60,681 nt of DNA. It comes from Sodaliphilus sp. (GTDB taxonomy: Bacteria; Bacillota_I; Bacilli_A; RFN20; CAG-826). Both the position numbers and the translations under genes were made by a program. The notes beneath the pieces were generated by a model. That model was not told the DNA's origin. It did no database searches and saw only the letters and a program-made list of their open reading frames with translations. Where the stretch lies: NCBI GenBank assembly GCA_963643355.1, contig CAVIJE010000004.1:1-60681 (forward strand). Reading direction: 5' to 3'. Position 1 is the stretch's first letter; each line of letters starts with the position of its first letter. Below, piece after piece: positions 17,705 to 26,612 of this stretch.

Positions 17705-17727
17705 GAAAAAAGGCCGTTTTACGGGCC
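17705..17727 (-). terminator. Terminator of the DtxR-like regulator gene
   Basis: Minus strand: GGCCCG-taaaa-CGGCC, then TTTTTT. Confidence 0.6.
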
Positions 17728-17751
17728 ATTTTCTATTAATTAAATGATGAA

Positions 17752-18126
17752 TTATTTTTTTGCGATTTGATTCTTAAGTGCCTCATAGGTCTCATCAGAA
17801 ATGAAATGTTCCATGCGGCAGGCGTCTTTTAAAGCAGTTTCCTTGCTAACGCCAATAGACATAAGCCAAGAAGAAATCGTTTGATGCTTATCATATACCT
17901 TTTTAGCAATGTCATAGCCAGCAGGCGTTAGATAAAGTTGGCTCTTAAGTCCTAAAGCAACATAGCCCTTCTCCTCTAATTTATGCAAAGCAATAGATAT
18001 AGAAGCTTTGGAATAGCCAAAAGACGAAGCAAGATCAACGGCGTGAATTTCTTTCATCCCTTGTTCTTGTAACATCAAGATTCTCTCTAAATAATCCTCT
18101 GCGGACTCTAATGCGTCAATAGCCAT
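17752..18126 (-). CDS. DtxR/MntR-family metal-dependent transcriptional regulator (short form)
   Basis: 124 aa with a winged-HTH (AVDLASSFGYSKASISIALHKLEEKGYV) and a dimerisation helix region. It is divergent from feoA. Confidence 0.85.
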   Translation of the reverse strand: MAIDALESAEDYLERILMLQEQGMKEIHAVDLASSFGYSKASISIALHKLEEKGYVALGLKSQLYLTPAGYDIAKKVYDKHQTISSWLMSIGVSKETALKDACRMEHFISDETYEALKNQIAKK

Positions 18127-18171
18127 AAAAATAACCTCACTTTTTTTCGCGGTAATGATATTCTAACTCAA

Positions 18172-18227
18172 ATTTTGGTTAAGTGCTACTAACTTTTTCT
18201 TGATTTAGTTCATTAGAGGACTATAAT
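18172..18227 (+). promoter_or_regulatory. feo promoter with candidate DtxR-type operator
   Basis: TTGATT (18200-18205), 16 nt, TATAAT (18222-18227). An imperfect inverted repeat, TTTGGTTAAGTGCTACTAACTTT, lies just upstream of the -35. Confidence 0.5.
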
Positions 18228-18250
18228 TCTCGTATAAGGAGTAACTAACT

Positions 18251-18469
18251 ATGCCAATAATGATTGCACCAACTAATCAAGACTTGACCATCGTAAGAAT
18301 TGTCGGTAATGATAAAACTTGTAAGCATCTTAGAGAGCTTGGGGTTGTTCAAAATATGAAAATTACTAAACTTTCTCATAACGAAAGTGGAATAATCGTT
18401 CGTATCGGAGAATCACGTCTTGCACTTGATAACAATATTGCTAAGTCCATTATAGTTGAGGCTAACTAA
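18251..18469 (+). CDS. feoA: FeoA domain protein
   Basis: 72 aa, SH3-like FeoA pattern, first gene of the feo operon. Confidence 0.8.
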   Translation: MPIMIAPTNQDLTIVRIVGNDKTCKHLRELGVVQNMKITKLSHNESGIIVRIGESRLALDNNIAKSIIVEAN

Positions 18470-18499
18470 TTTTAACATTTTTGCATAGGAAAAAGTTTT

Positions 18500-18796
18500 A
18501 TGAACGAAAATGAACTTGCACCTACCGAAATCGGTTTAGGTGACGAACTTCCTTTAAGCGCCCTAAAAATCGGGATGAGCGGAAATATCATCAAGGTTGA
18601 AGGCGAAGGAAGAATCAAAAGACGTATCTTCGATATGGGATTAACTCCTGGTGCTGAGGTTTTCTTAAGAAAGAAAGCTCCACTTGGTGATCCACTCGAA
18701 GTTACATTAAGAGGTTATGAATTGACCCTTAGAAAAGATGAGGCCGTTCACGTCATCGTTAAAGTGACTGACCTTTCTGAGAAGGAGGGAGAATAA
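18500..18796 (+). CDS. feoA: FeoA domain protein (second copy)
   Basis: 98 aa with MGLTPGAEV...PLEVTLRGYELTLRKDEA. Confidence 0.85.
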   Translation: MNENELAPTEIGLGDELPLSALKIGMSGNIIKVEGEGRIKRRIFDMGLTPGAEVFLRKKAPLGDPLEVTLRGYELTLRKDEAVHVIVKVTDLSEKEGE

Positions 18797-18797
18797 T

Positions 18798-21119
18798 ATG
18801 GCTGAAAAAACATTAAGATTTGCCTTAGCTGGCAACCCAAACTGCGGTAAGACAACCCTTTTTAATTCCTTAACCGGCAGCACAGCATACGTTGGTAACT
18901 GGCCAGGCGTTACGGTTGAGAAAAGATCAGGCGTTTATAAGAAAAAAGGAAGCAACGAAGGAGTCGAAATCATCGACCTTCCTGGTATTTATTCCCTTTC
19001 ACCTTATACCCCTGAAGAGGTCATTTCAAGAAATTACATTCTCGAAGAAAAACCAGATTTAGTCATCAACGTCCTTGATGCGACAAACCTTGAGCGTAAT
19101 CTTTATATGACGACGCAAATTCTTGAGATGAATGTTCCTGTTGTTGTTGCCTTAAATATGAGCGACGCCCTTAAAGAGAGCAAACAAACAATTGATACCG
19201 TCTCTCTTTCTAAGGCTCTTGGCGTTCCAGTCATCGAGATTTCCGCTTTAAGAAAGAAAAACCTCGACGAATTAATGGAATTGGCAGTCAAAACTGCAAC
19301 TAAATCTCGTGAAGGCGTTTCTCTTTGGGCTTCAAAAGAAGATGAAGAACTCATCGAAAAAGCGATGATTTCCTATAAAGAGGAAGAAATCGCCAATCCT
19401 CGTTTCCACGCCATCAAAGCCCTTGAAGGCGATGAAATCGAAAAAGAAAAGAACGCTCGCGCTTATGAGAAGGTGTCTTCTCTTACGAATGCCGAAGAAT
19501 ATGAAGCTGACAGTGCCGATAAACGTTATAAGTACATCACATCTAAGCTTGCCATCTATCGCAGTGGAGCCGTAACTCAAGAAAAGAAGAAACTTTCCAA
19601 ATCCGATAAAATCGATAAGGTTTTAACCAATAAATGGGCAGCTCTCCCAATCATGATTGTTGTCCTCTTCTTAATCTTCCACCTTGTCTTTGCCTCTGAC
19701 TTATTCTATCTCCATGCATTTGGGGTCGACTTCGGAGATGGCTATCAAGGTTTGATCCATTGGACGATTGATGGAGAAGAATTCTATCCATTCAAAGAAC
19801 TCTTCTACACTGCCGATGGTATTAATTCTCCAGGTACAATCTTGCAAAACCTCCTTGGCGCAGGCAACGATGCCGGTATCCAAGGCATGATCTGTGGCGG
19901 AATCAAGCAATTGCTTATTGTTTGGGAATCACCAGAATGGCTAGTCGGATTCATCTATGATGGTGTCCTTAATGGTATTGCATCTGTCTTAGGATTCGTT
20001 CCACAAATCCTTCTCTTATTCGCCTTCTTCTCCTTCCTTGAAGATAGCGGATATATGGCTCGTATCGCCTTCGTTCTTGATAGAATCTTCCGTAGATTCG
20101 GTGTCTCGGGACGTGCTTTCTTACCAATGATCATGGGCTTTGGATGCGGTGTCCCAGCCATGATTAACACAAGAACCCTTGCTTCCGATAAAGAAAGAAC
20201 AAAAACCATCCGCGTTATTCCTTTCTTCACTTGTGGAGCAAAAGCCGAATTCTTAGTAACGATTGCTGCTGCGGTTGCTGCTGCAACATCTATCGATGCT
20301 GGTTTATTCACATTCTTAATTTATGTCTTTGGCGTCATTGTTGCTATTGCTGCAGTCATCGTCATGAATAAAACAACTCAACGTGAAAAAGTCCCTCCAT
20401 TTATCATGGAGCTTCCTGCCTATCACGCTCCACAATTCCAAGCTCTTGCCTTACACGTTTGGGATCGTGGCAAACACTATATCAAAAAGGCATTTACAAT
20501 CATCTTTGCTTCAGCAGTCTTGATTTGGTTCTTATCAAGCTTCACGCCTGATTGGCAATTCATCGACGCTAACAAAGCATTAGGGGTCTCCGATTCCATT
20601 CTTGCTCACATTGGTATGATTCTCTCTCCATTATTTGTTCCAATGGGCTTCGGAAATGTTCAAGGCGGAAGCTATGGCTGGACATTTGCGGTTGCCTCAA
20701 TCCAAGGTATTGTCGCTAAGGAAAATGTCGTTGCTACTCTTGCTCAATTAGCCACAGCCGTTGGTACTGAAACCGAAGAAGGCTTAGAAGGTCTTAACGC
20801 TATTATCTCTGCTGCTAACGCAAGTGGAGGTAACATCAATACCGCTTCATTGGTCGCCTTCGCCGTCTTCAATATGACAACAATTCCTTGCTTTGCCTCT
20901 ATTGCTACTGCAAAAGGAGAATTAGCAAGCAAACGCGATATCACCTTAACGGTTATCTTCTGGATTGTTACTTCCTATGTCTTAGGATGCCTTACTTATG
21001 TAACATTCAACTATCCAGCTTGGGGATGGAGCATCCCAGTGGCCGTCATTATTCTTGGTGGACTTGGCATCTATTTCTACGATCGCTACGCCAAAAACAA
21101 AGAAGCCGCTAACGCTTAA
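18798..21119 (+). CDS. feoB: Ferrous iron transporter FeoB
   Basis: 773 aa with an N-terminal G-domain (GNPNCGKTTLFN, DLPG) and a polytopic C-terminus. Confidence 0.95.
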   Translation: MAEKTLRFALAGNPNCGKTTLFNSLTGSTAYVGNWPGVTVEKRSGVYKKKGSNEGVEIIDLPGIYSLSPYTPEEVISRNYILEEKPDLVINVLDATNLERNLYMTTQILEMNVPVVVALNMSDALKESKQTIDTVSLSKALGVPVIEISALRKKNLDELMELAVKTATKSREGVSLWASKEDEELIEKAMISYKEEEIANPRFHAIKALEGDEIEKEKNARAYEKVSSLTNAEEYEADSADKRYKYITSKLAIYRSGAVTQEKKKLSKSDKIDKVLTNKWAALPIMIVVLFLIFHLVFASDLFYLHAFGVDFGDGYQGLIHWTIDGEEFYPFKELFYTADGINSPGTILQNLLGAGNDAGIQGMICGGIKQLLIVWESPEWLVGFIYDGVLNGIASVLGFVPQILLLFAFFSFLEDSGYMARIAFVLDRIFRRFGVSGRAFLPMIMGFGCGVPAMINTRTLASDKERTKTIRVIPFFTCGAKAEFLVTIAAAVAAATSIDAGLFTFLIYVFGVIVAIAAVIVMNKTTQREKVPPFIMELPAYHAPQFQALALHVWDRGKHYIKKAFTIIFASAVLIWFLSSFTPDWQFIDANKALGVSDSILAHIGMILSPLFVPMGFGNVQGGSYGWTFAVASIQGIVAKENVVATLAQLATAVGTETEEGLEGLNAIISAANASGGNINTASLVAFAVFNMTTIPCFASIATAKGELASKRDITLTVIFWIVTSYVLGCLTYVTFNYPAWGWSIPVAVIILGGLGIYFYDRYAKNKEAANA

Positions 21120-21152
21120 TATCATTTAACTAAAAAGAAAGGAGGCTTATCT

Positions 21153-21392
21153 ATGGAATGGGCTGCATACACTCTATTCGGTTTAATTATCGCTGCATTT
21201 ATTGGTGTGATAATTTATTGGATCATTGAAAAAAGCAAAGGTCATCCGATTCTATCTGATGAGCCTCATCTTACAAAAAAGCAATTGATCAAATATTACA
21301 AAATTCAGAAAAAAGCAGATGAAAAGAGAAAGGCTAAAGAAGCTAAAAAATCTTGCTGCTGCAATGGATGTTGCTGTAATAGCGAAAAATAA
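21153..21392 (+). CDS. FeoB-associated Cys-rich membrane protein
   Basis: 79 aa with one TM and a C-terminal CCCNGCCC. It lies immediately downstream of feoB. Confidence 0.75.
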   Translation: MEWAAYTLFGLIIAAFIGVIIYWIIEKSKGHPILSDEPHLTKKQLIKYYKIQKKADEKRKAKEAKKSCCCNGCCCNSEK

Positions 21393-21400
21393 GTAAAAGA

Positions 21401-21433
21401 AAACGCCATTTCGTTTGAAGTGGCGTTTTTTTA
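21401..21433. terminator. Bidirectional terminator (feo operon / HMA gene)
   Basis: CGCCA, loop, TGGCG, followed by TTTTTTT. An A-run lies on the other side. Confidence 0.6.
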
Positions 21434-21446
21434 ATACACGTATCCC

Positions 21447-21716
21447 TTATTTTTTGAAAATCGAGAAGATGGTTTTCTTGACGTATGGTTTCTCGTTTTC
21501 CGATAAAATCCTATAACCTTGTTTGGTTATTGCCTCTTTTATTGCGTCCCTTGAAGCGGTTTCTTCAATGACGATGACGCAATTGTTCTTAACGTGAGAG
21601 GAATTAACCTTCTTAACTCCTTCTACTCTTCTAACCACATCATTAACATGCGATTCGCACATCCCGCATTTCATTCCATCAACGCCAAGCGTGTATTCGA
21701 TTAGATTTTCAGCCAT
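21447..21716 (-). CDS. Heavy-metal-associated (HMA) domain protein, CopZ-like
   Basis: 89 aa with the metal-binding motif GMKCGMCESHV. Confidence 0.8.
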   Translation of the reverse strand: MAENLIEYTLGVDGMKCGMCESHVNDVVRRVEGVKKVNSSHVKNNCVIVIEETASRDAIKEAITKQGYRILSENEKPYVKKTIFSIFKK

Positions 21717-21855
21717 ATTTTCCTCCGTTTGATTTAACTAACTAGATTTAGTTTAGTTCATTAAAGGAAAATTGCAATTATTTTGCATTTCTTATTTTGA
21801 TAACTCTATAAAGAAAAAGAGATTATAATTACTTTTGTTCACGAGGTAAGAAAAA

Positions 21856-22185
21856 ATGAAACGTATCTTATATCTCTTCTTGGAGAATTCTCCAATTGCC
21901 GTTGAAGTTCTATCAGCCGTCAAAGAGAAAGGCTATAACGGAACGATGTTAGAAACAATATCAGTCAGGCACGCCATCGATTCTGAATTAGAAGAAACTC
22001 ACTTCTTCTCATTGATGAATTGGGATATGCTCAATAACCGCGAATCAACGGTTACGATGTTTTTGATCGATGAAGACAAGGTTGAGCCACTAAAAGAAGA
22101 AATCCGCTCACACACTAACTATTTCCAAAAAGTCAAAGGCGGGATGTTTACGAAAAAAGTCGAGGATTTTGAAGGTACCATCTAA
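21856..22185 (+). CDS. PII-like (ferredoxin-fold) small protein
   Basis: 109 aa. Its beta-alpha-beta x2 pattern can be aligned by eye to GlnB/PII-like proteins. A TAATG overlap joins it to the antiporter gene. Confidence 0.5.
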   Translation: MKRILYLFLENSPIAVEVLSAVKEKGYNGTMLETISVRHAIDSELEETHFFSLMNWDMLNNRESTVTMFLIDEDKVEPLKEEIRSHTNYFQKVKGGMFTKKVEDFEGTI

Positions 22186-23519
22186 TGAATATTTACATAT
22201 ATCTTTATATTGCGGCTCTTTTTTGCGCCGGTCTTCTTTCAACGCGTTTGATGAAGAAAATTAAGTTGCCTAACGTCACTGGTTATATCATCACTGGTAT
22301 CATAATGGGACCATTTGTATTTGGATTGTTCTTCAATGGATTTGATTTTTCTAAGGCAAACGATCTTTCTTCCCCAATATATTCCTATATTCAGCAATTA
22401 TCGTGGGTCTCTAACGTTGCTTTAGGATTTATTGCTTTCTCCATTGGTTCATCTTTTAAAGCCAATATTCTTAAGCAAGTTGGCAAAAAGGTAATAATTA
22501 TTACGATTTTTGAAGCACTTGGTGGATCTCTCGTTGTCGCTTTGAGTTTAATTCTTTTGCACTTTATATGGCCTAGCGCCGTTTCTTTGCCTCTTGCTTT
22601 GACGCTTGGTGCTATTGCTGCGGCTACGGCACCAGCTGCAACATTAATGGTTGTTAAGCAATATAAGGCTCATGGGCCGGTAACACAAACTCTATTACCT
22701 GTTGTAGCACTTGATGATGCGGCCGCGCTTATTCTTTATGCAATTCTTTATCAGATTGCTAAAGCCTTAGCTCTTGGAAATGGCTTTGATTTATACGAAA
22801 TGCTTGCTAAGCCTTTGCTTGAAATCGTCATTTCTTTAGGTCTTGGCACGGTGATGGGCTTTATAGTAGCAGGCATGTCTCATTTCTTTAAGTCAAGAAC
22901 GAACAGGCTTATTTGGGTTATTGCTGTAGTATTTGCTGCACTTGGCTTATATTATTTATTCCAACAAGACTTTATGGGGTCTTTTGATTTGTCGAGCTTA
23001 CTTATTTGCATGGCTGCTGGTGCTATATTTGCTAATTTTCAAAAGGAAGCGGGCATTACATTCGATTTCATGGATCGTTTTACCTCACCAATATACATGC
23101 TCTTCTTCGTTATTTCGGGCGCTTCGCTTGATTTAAGCGTATTCGCTTCATCAACTGGCTTAATCGTCTTAGCTTTGGCTCTTATTTACGCCACGATGCG
23201 TTTCGTTGGAAAATGGCTTGGAACGTTTAGTGCCGCAAAAATATCTCGAGCCGAACCTGCCGTTCAAAAATATCTTGGTTTCTGCTTAGTTCCTCAAGCT
23301 GGCGTTGCAATAGGCTTAGCGTCTACTGCTTCCGTTTCCTTTGGAGCCTCTAGCAATCCTGAGGTAGCAAAAATCGGTGCTATGATTCTTGCTATAATTC
23401 TCTCTTCCACGCTTATCTACGAAATCGTTGGCCCAATTTCAACAAAAATCGCTCTTTCTAAAGCAGGTGAAATCACTTTAGGGAAGAAAACTGTCACTAA
23501 CCCTGCAAAACCTCAATAA
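22185..23519 (+). CDS. Cation:proton antiporter (CPA2 / Na_H_exchanger family), no RCK domain
   Basis: 444 aa with ~12 TM helices and a Kef/NapA-like sequence pattern. Confidence 0.85.
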   Translation: MNIYIYLYIAALFCAGLLSTRLMKKIKLPNVTGYIITGIIMGPFVFGLFFNGFDFSKANDLSSPIYSYIQQLSWVSNVALGFIAFSIGSSFKANILKQVGKKVIIITIFEALGGSLVVALSLILLHFIWPSAVSLPLALTLGAIAAATAPAATLMVVKQYKAHGPVTQTLLPVVALDDAAALILYAILYQIAKALALGNGFDLYEMLAKPLLEIVISLGLGTVMGFIVAGMSHFFKSRTNRLIWVIAVVFAALGLYYLFQQDFMGSFDLSSLLICMAAGAIFANFQKEAGITFDFMDRFTSPIYMLFFVISGASLDLSVFASSTGLIVLALALIYATMRFVGKWLGTFSAAKISRAEPAVQKYLGFCLVPQAGVAIGLASTASVSFGASSNPEVAKIGAMILAIILSSTLIYEIVGPISTKIALSKAGEITLGKKTVTNPAKPQ

Positions 23520-23528
23520 ATAGGTGAA

Positions 23529-23582
23529 AATCTCCTTTATTTCCTTTATGATTTCTTTATAAAAGAAATAGGAGATTTTTTT
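23529..23582 (+). terminator. Terminator after the antiporter
   Basis: Long stem AATCTCCTTTATTTC / GAAATAGGAGATT, then TTTTTTT. It ends directly before the dipeptidase ATG. Confidence 0.65.
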
Positions 23583-24980
23583 ATGGCATGTACAACAATA
23601 CTCGTTGGTAAAAAGGCATCAAATAATGGCAGCACTTTTGTTGCAAGAAATGATGATTCTCCGTCTGGGAAATTTCACGTTAAGAAATTAGTTAGCGTTG
23701 ATCCTAGCAAACAGCCTCGTCATTATGAAGCAAAAGGATCTTCATTCACGATTGAGTTACCTGATAATCCATTACGTTATTCGATGGTTCCTAATGTCGA
23801 TCCAACTGAGGGTGTTTGGCCTGCTGCTGGCTTTAACTCGGCTAACGTTGGAATGAGCGCGACTGAAACAATCACTTCAAACCCTCGCGTTCTTGGCGCC
23901 GATCCTTATGTTCAAAATGGACTTGGCGAGGAAGATCTCGTATTAATTGTTTTGCCATACATTCGTTCAGCAAAAGAGGGCGTGATTCGTTTAGGGAAAC
24001 TCCTTGAGCAATATGGTACCTCCGAGCCAAATGGCATAGCTTTCTCCGATAAAGATGAAATTTGGTGGTTAGAAACAATTGGTGGACATCATTGGATTGC
24101 AAGAAGAGTCCCTGACGATGGAGTTGTTATCATGCCAAATCAATTCGGTTTAGATAATTTTGATTTTGATGACGCTTTCATATCTCAAAAAGAATGCATG
24201 TGCTCCCTTGATTTGAAATCTTTCATGGAAAAATACCACCTAGATTGCAATAAGGATGGAGATTCTTTCAATCCTCGTTTAGCTTTTGGCTCCGCTAGCG
24301 ATTCTGACCACGTCTACAATACGCCTAGAGCCTGGTATTTAGCCAAACGCCTAGGATACGACAATTATTCTCCTGAAGATGATAATATTCCGTGGTCTTT
24401 AGTCCCTAAGAAAAAAGTTACGGTCGAAGACGTTAAATACCTTCTTTCAAGTCATTATCAAGGGACTCCTTATGACCCATACGGAAAGGGGGAAGAAAAA
24501 GATAAGAGCAAATATCGCCCAATTGGCATCTCTAGAACCTCTTTTATGGCCTGCTTAGAAGTTAGAAATGACGTCCCATCAGAATTAAGCGCGGTGGAAT
24601 GGATTTGTTTTGGTTCGAACCCATTTAACGCTTTCGTGCCACTATATGCCAATGTCAAATCCTTCCCTGAATATTTCAGCAACGTCACAACCGACGTTAG
24701 CACGAATAATCTATATTGGAATTCACGCCTTATCGCTTGCTTAGCTGATTCCCACTTCAATTTGACGGCCATTCACATTGAAAGATATCAAAATGCCGTG
24801 GCAAATGCCTCACATTGTTTGCTTAATAAATTTGATAATTCGGATTCCCCAGTTAATCTTGAATCGGCAAATGAAGAAATTTCTAATATGGTTCAACTTC
24901 AAACGCAAAAAGTGCTTAATGTTCTAACCTATGTCGTCTCTTGTGCAATGAAGAATGGCTTTGCTCGTTCTGACAATTAA
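23583..24980 (+). CDS. C69-family dipeptidase
   Basis: 465 aa. The N-terminus MACTTILVGKKASNNGS has the nucleophilic Cys at position 3, as in PepD/C69 peptidases. Confidence 0.9.
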   Translation: MACTTILVGKKASNNGSTFVARNDDSPSGKFHVKKLVSVDPSKQPRHYEAKGSSFTIELPDNPLRYSMVPNVDPTEGVWPAAGFNSANVGMSATETITSNPRVLGADPYVQNGLGEEDLVLIVLPYIRSAKEGVIRLGKLLEQYGTSEPNGIAFSDKDEIWWLETIGGHHWIARRVPDDGVVIMPNQFGLDNFDFDDAFISQKECMCSLDLKSFMEKYHLDCNKDGDSFNPRLAFGSASDSDHVYNTPRAWYLAKRLGYDNYSPEDDNIPWSLVPKKKVTVEDVKYLLSSHYQGTPYDPYGKGEEKDKSKYRPIGISRTSFMACLEVRNDVPSELSAVEWICFGSNPFNAFVPLYANVKSFPEYFSNVTTDVSTNNLYWNSRLIACLADSHFNLTAIHIERYQNAVANASHCLLNKFDNSDSPVNLESANEEISNMVQLQTQKVLNVLTYVVSCAMKNGFARSDN

Positions 24981-25025
24981 ATATTTGTTGCCAAAAAAGG
25001 CAAATAATGGTTAAATTGTCTATGC

Positions 25026-25101
25026 GGCCCTGTGGTCAAGCGGTTCAAGACGCAACCCTCTCAAGGTTGAATCCCGGGTTCGATTCCCGGCTGGGTCACC
25101 A
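25026..25101 (+). tRNA. tRNA-Glu (CTC)
   Basis: 76 nt, GGCCCTGTGGTCAAGCGG...GGGTCACCA. The anticodon stem is CAACC/GGTTG with loop CTCTCAA. One T:T mismatch sits in the acceptor stem. Confidence 0.85.
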
Positions 25102-25116
25102 ATTGACTATTATTCG

Positions 25117-25146
25117 AACTCATGTGTGTATGCATATGAGTTTTTT
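25117..25146 (+). terminator. tRNA-Glu terminator
   Basis: AACTCAT, loop, ATGAGTT, then TTTTT. Confidence 0.7.
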
Positions 25147-25418
25147 CTATTAGTCAAACCAACTACGAATAAAGACCCAATAAAAATATTTTTTTAAATT
25201 CAAAATATCCAAAAATCCCCTCTAAAACCCCTATGGATTTTCATAGTCTTATAATCCAATAAAGATTCTTATTTATATATTTGATGTATGTATCTCCTAG
25301 AATGAAAAAGATACATATAAATCGGTAAATAGTGCAATATCTTAATAAAAAGTTTGCAAAAATTTACTATTTTTATTTAATTGTTTGCTATTTTGACTAT
25401 TTCAAATAAAAAGACTAG

Positions 25419-25432
25419 TTAAGCGCTTTCAA
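25419..25432 (+). promoter_or_regulatory. Candidate operator TTAAGCGCTTTCAA (cre/LacI-like)
   Basis: Near-palindromic 14-mer ~80 nt upstream of the lipoprotein ATG. It is identical to the 14-mer at 40071-40084. Confidence 0.45.
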
Positions 25433-25513
25433 ACAATTAAAATTATCACGAAATTGATTCATTTTATGAATTGATTGTTTCATTGCGAAAGAAAGATTCT
25501 AAGGAGGATTATA

Positions 25514-26554
25514 ATGAAACAAAAAATTAGCGCATTCTTAATGGCAAGCGCATTACTTCTTACCGCAGGCTTAGCTTCATGCGGCGAGACAACACCATCC
25601 AGCTCCGAAGCCGCTTCTTCTACAATTGATACGACAAAGGGCTATATCCAAATTACAAAAGGCAGCAACGTTTCTTCTTATACTGCAAAAGTATTTGATC
25701 TCGTTTCTGGAAAACCAGGAGAAATGACCGATCTTGGCGCCGACAACTATGTTACTCCAGACGCTTCTAGATGGCTCGCTCTTTCTATCACTTGTGCTGA
25801 CGGATACGAAGTTGACAAAGTTACTTCCAACAACGTTGATATGACATCAATGGCTGGATTCTATTGTGTTAACATCAAATCTGCTGGAACCTACAAAATC
25901 AAAATCACCGCTAAAACCAAAGAAGAAGCAGTTACAACTTATGCTGAGGTTGTTAATGAAACAGCAAGCGCCGATGCAGCAAACATCGATAATGTCTCTT
26001 ACTCAATGGCTCTTGATAACCATTATTCCGATATCAAAGAATTAGTTGATGGAAATAAGGTACCAGTTGGAGAAGGTAACTGGTTATATATTGCCGTTAC
26101 CCCAAAAGCTGGCTACGAAGTTGATAAGGTTACGGTTAATGGTGCCGAATGCGGAGTTCAATTCAGCTACTACGTTTTCCAAGCCATTCCTGCTAAGATT
26201 ACCGATGGCAAAATCCACGTTGTCATCACAACAAAAGTTGCTTCTAGCGAAGATACCGATGTCGAATATGCCATTTTCGCCGAAGCCACAAAGGACGAAC
26301 ACGTAAAATCAGTCAAATACAAATATTGCGCCAATAGCAATTTTGGTGGAATCACTGATCTAGAAGAAGGAAATCAATTCCCTGTTACAACAGGTAACTG
26401 GTTCTGCGCTGTTGTCGAATGCGAAGAAGGCTATGTAGTCGATTCCGTCAAAGTTAACGATAACGAAACCCAATTCAATAGCGGCTACTATTGCATCTCT
26501 ATCACCAAAGCTGGCAATTACACCGTCACCGTTACTTCTAAAGCGGCTGCTTAA
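25514..26554 (+). CDS. Surface lipoprotein with three tandem Ig-like (divergent InlB B-repeat-like) modules
   Basis: I trimmed the start to MKQKISAFLMASALLLTAGLASC (lipobox LASC), with an AAGGAGG RBS 7 nt upstream. Three ~100-aa repeats contain ADGYEVDKVTSNN, KAGYEVDKVTVNG and EEGYVVDSVKVND. Confidence 0.8.
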   Translation: MKQKISAFLMASALLLTAGLASCGETTPSSSEAASSTIDTTKGYIQITKGSNVSSYTAKVFDLVSGKPGEMTDLGADNYVTPDASRWLALSITCADGYEVDKVTSNNVDMTSMAGFYCVNIKSAGTYKIKITAKTKEEAVTTYAEVVNETASADAANIDNVSYSMALDNHYSDIKELVDGNKVPVGEGNWLYIAVTPKAGYEVDKVTVNGAECGVQFSYYVFQAIPAKITDGKIHVVITTKVASSEDTDVEYAIFAEATKDEHVKSVKYKYCANSNFGGITDLEEGNQFPVTTGNWFCAVVECEEGYVVDSVKVNDNETQFNSGYYCISITKAGNYTVTVTSKAAA

Positions 26555-26561
26555 TCGATAT

Positions 26562-26597
26562 AAAAATAGAACTGGACATAAATCCAGTTCTTTTTTT
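26562..26597. terminator. Bidirectional terminator
   Basis: AGAACTGGA-cataaa-TCCAGTTCT flanked by an A-run and a T-run. Confidence 0.8.
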
Positions 26598-26612
26598 GTT
26601 ACCTTTTATGAT

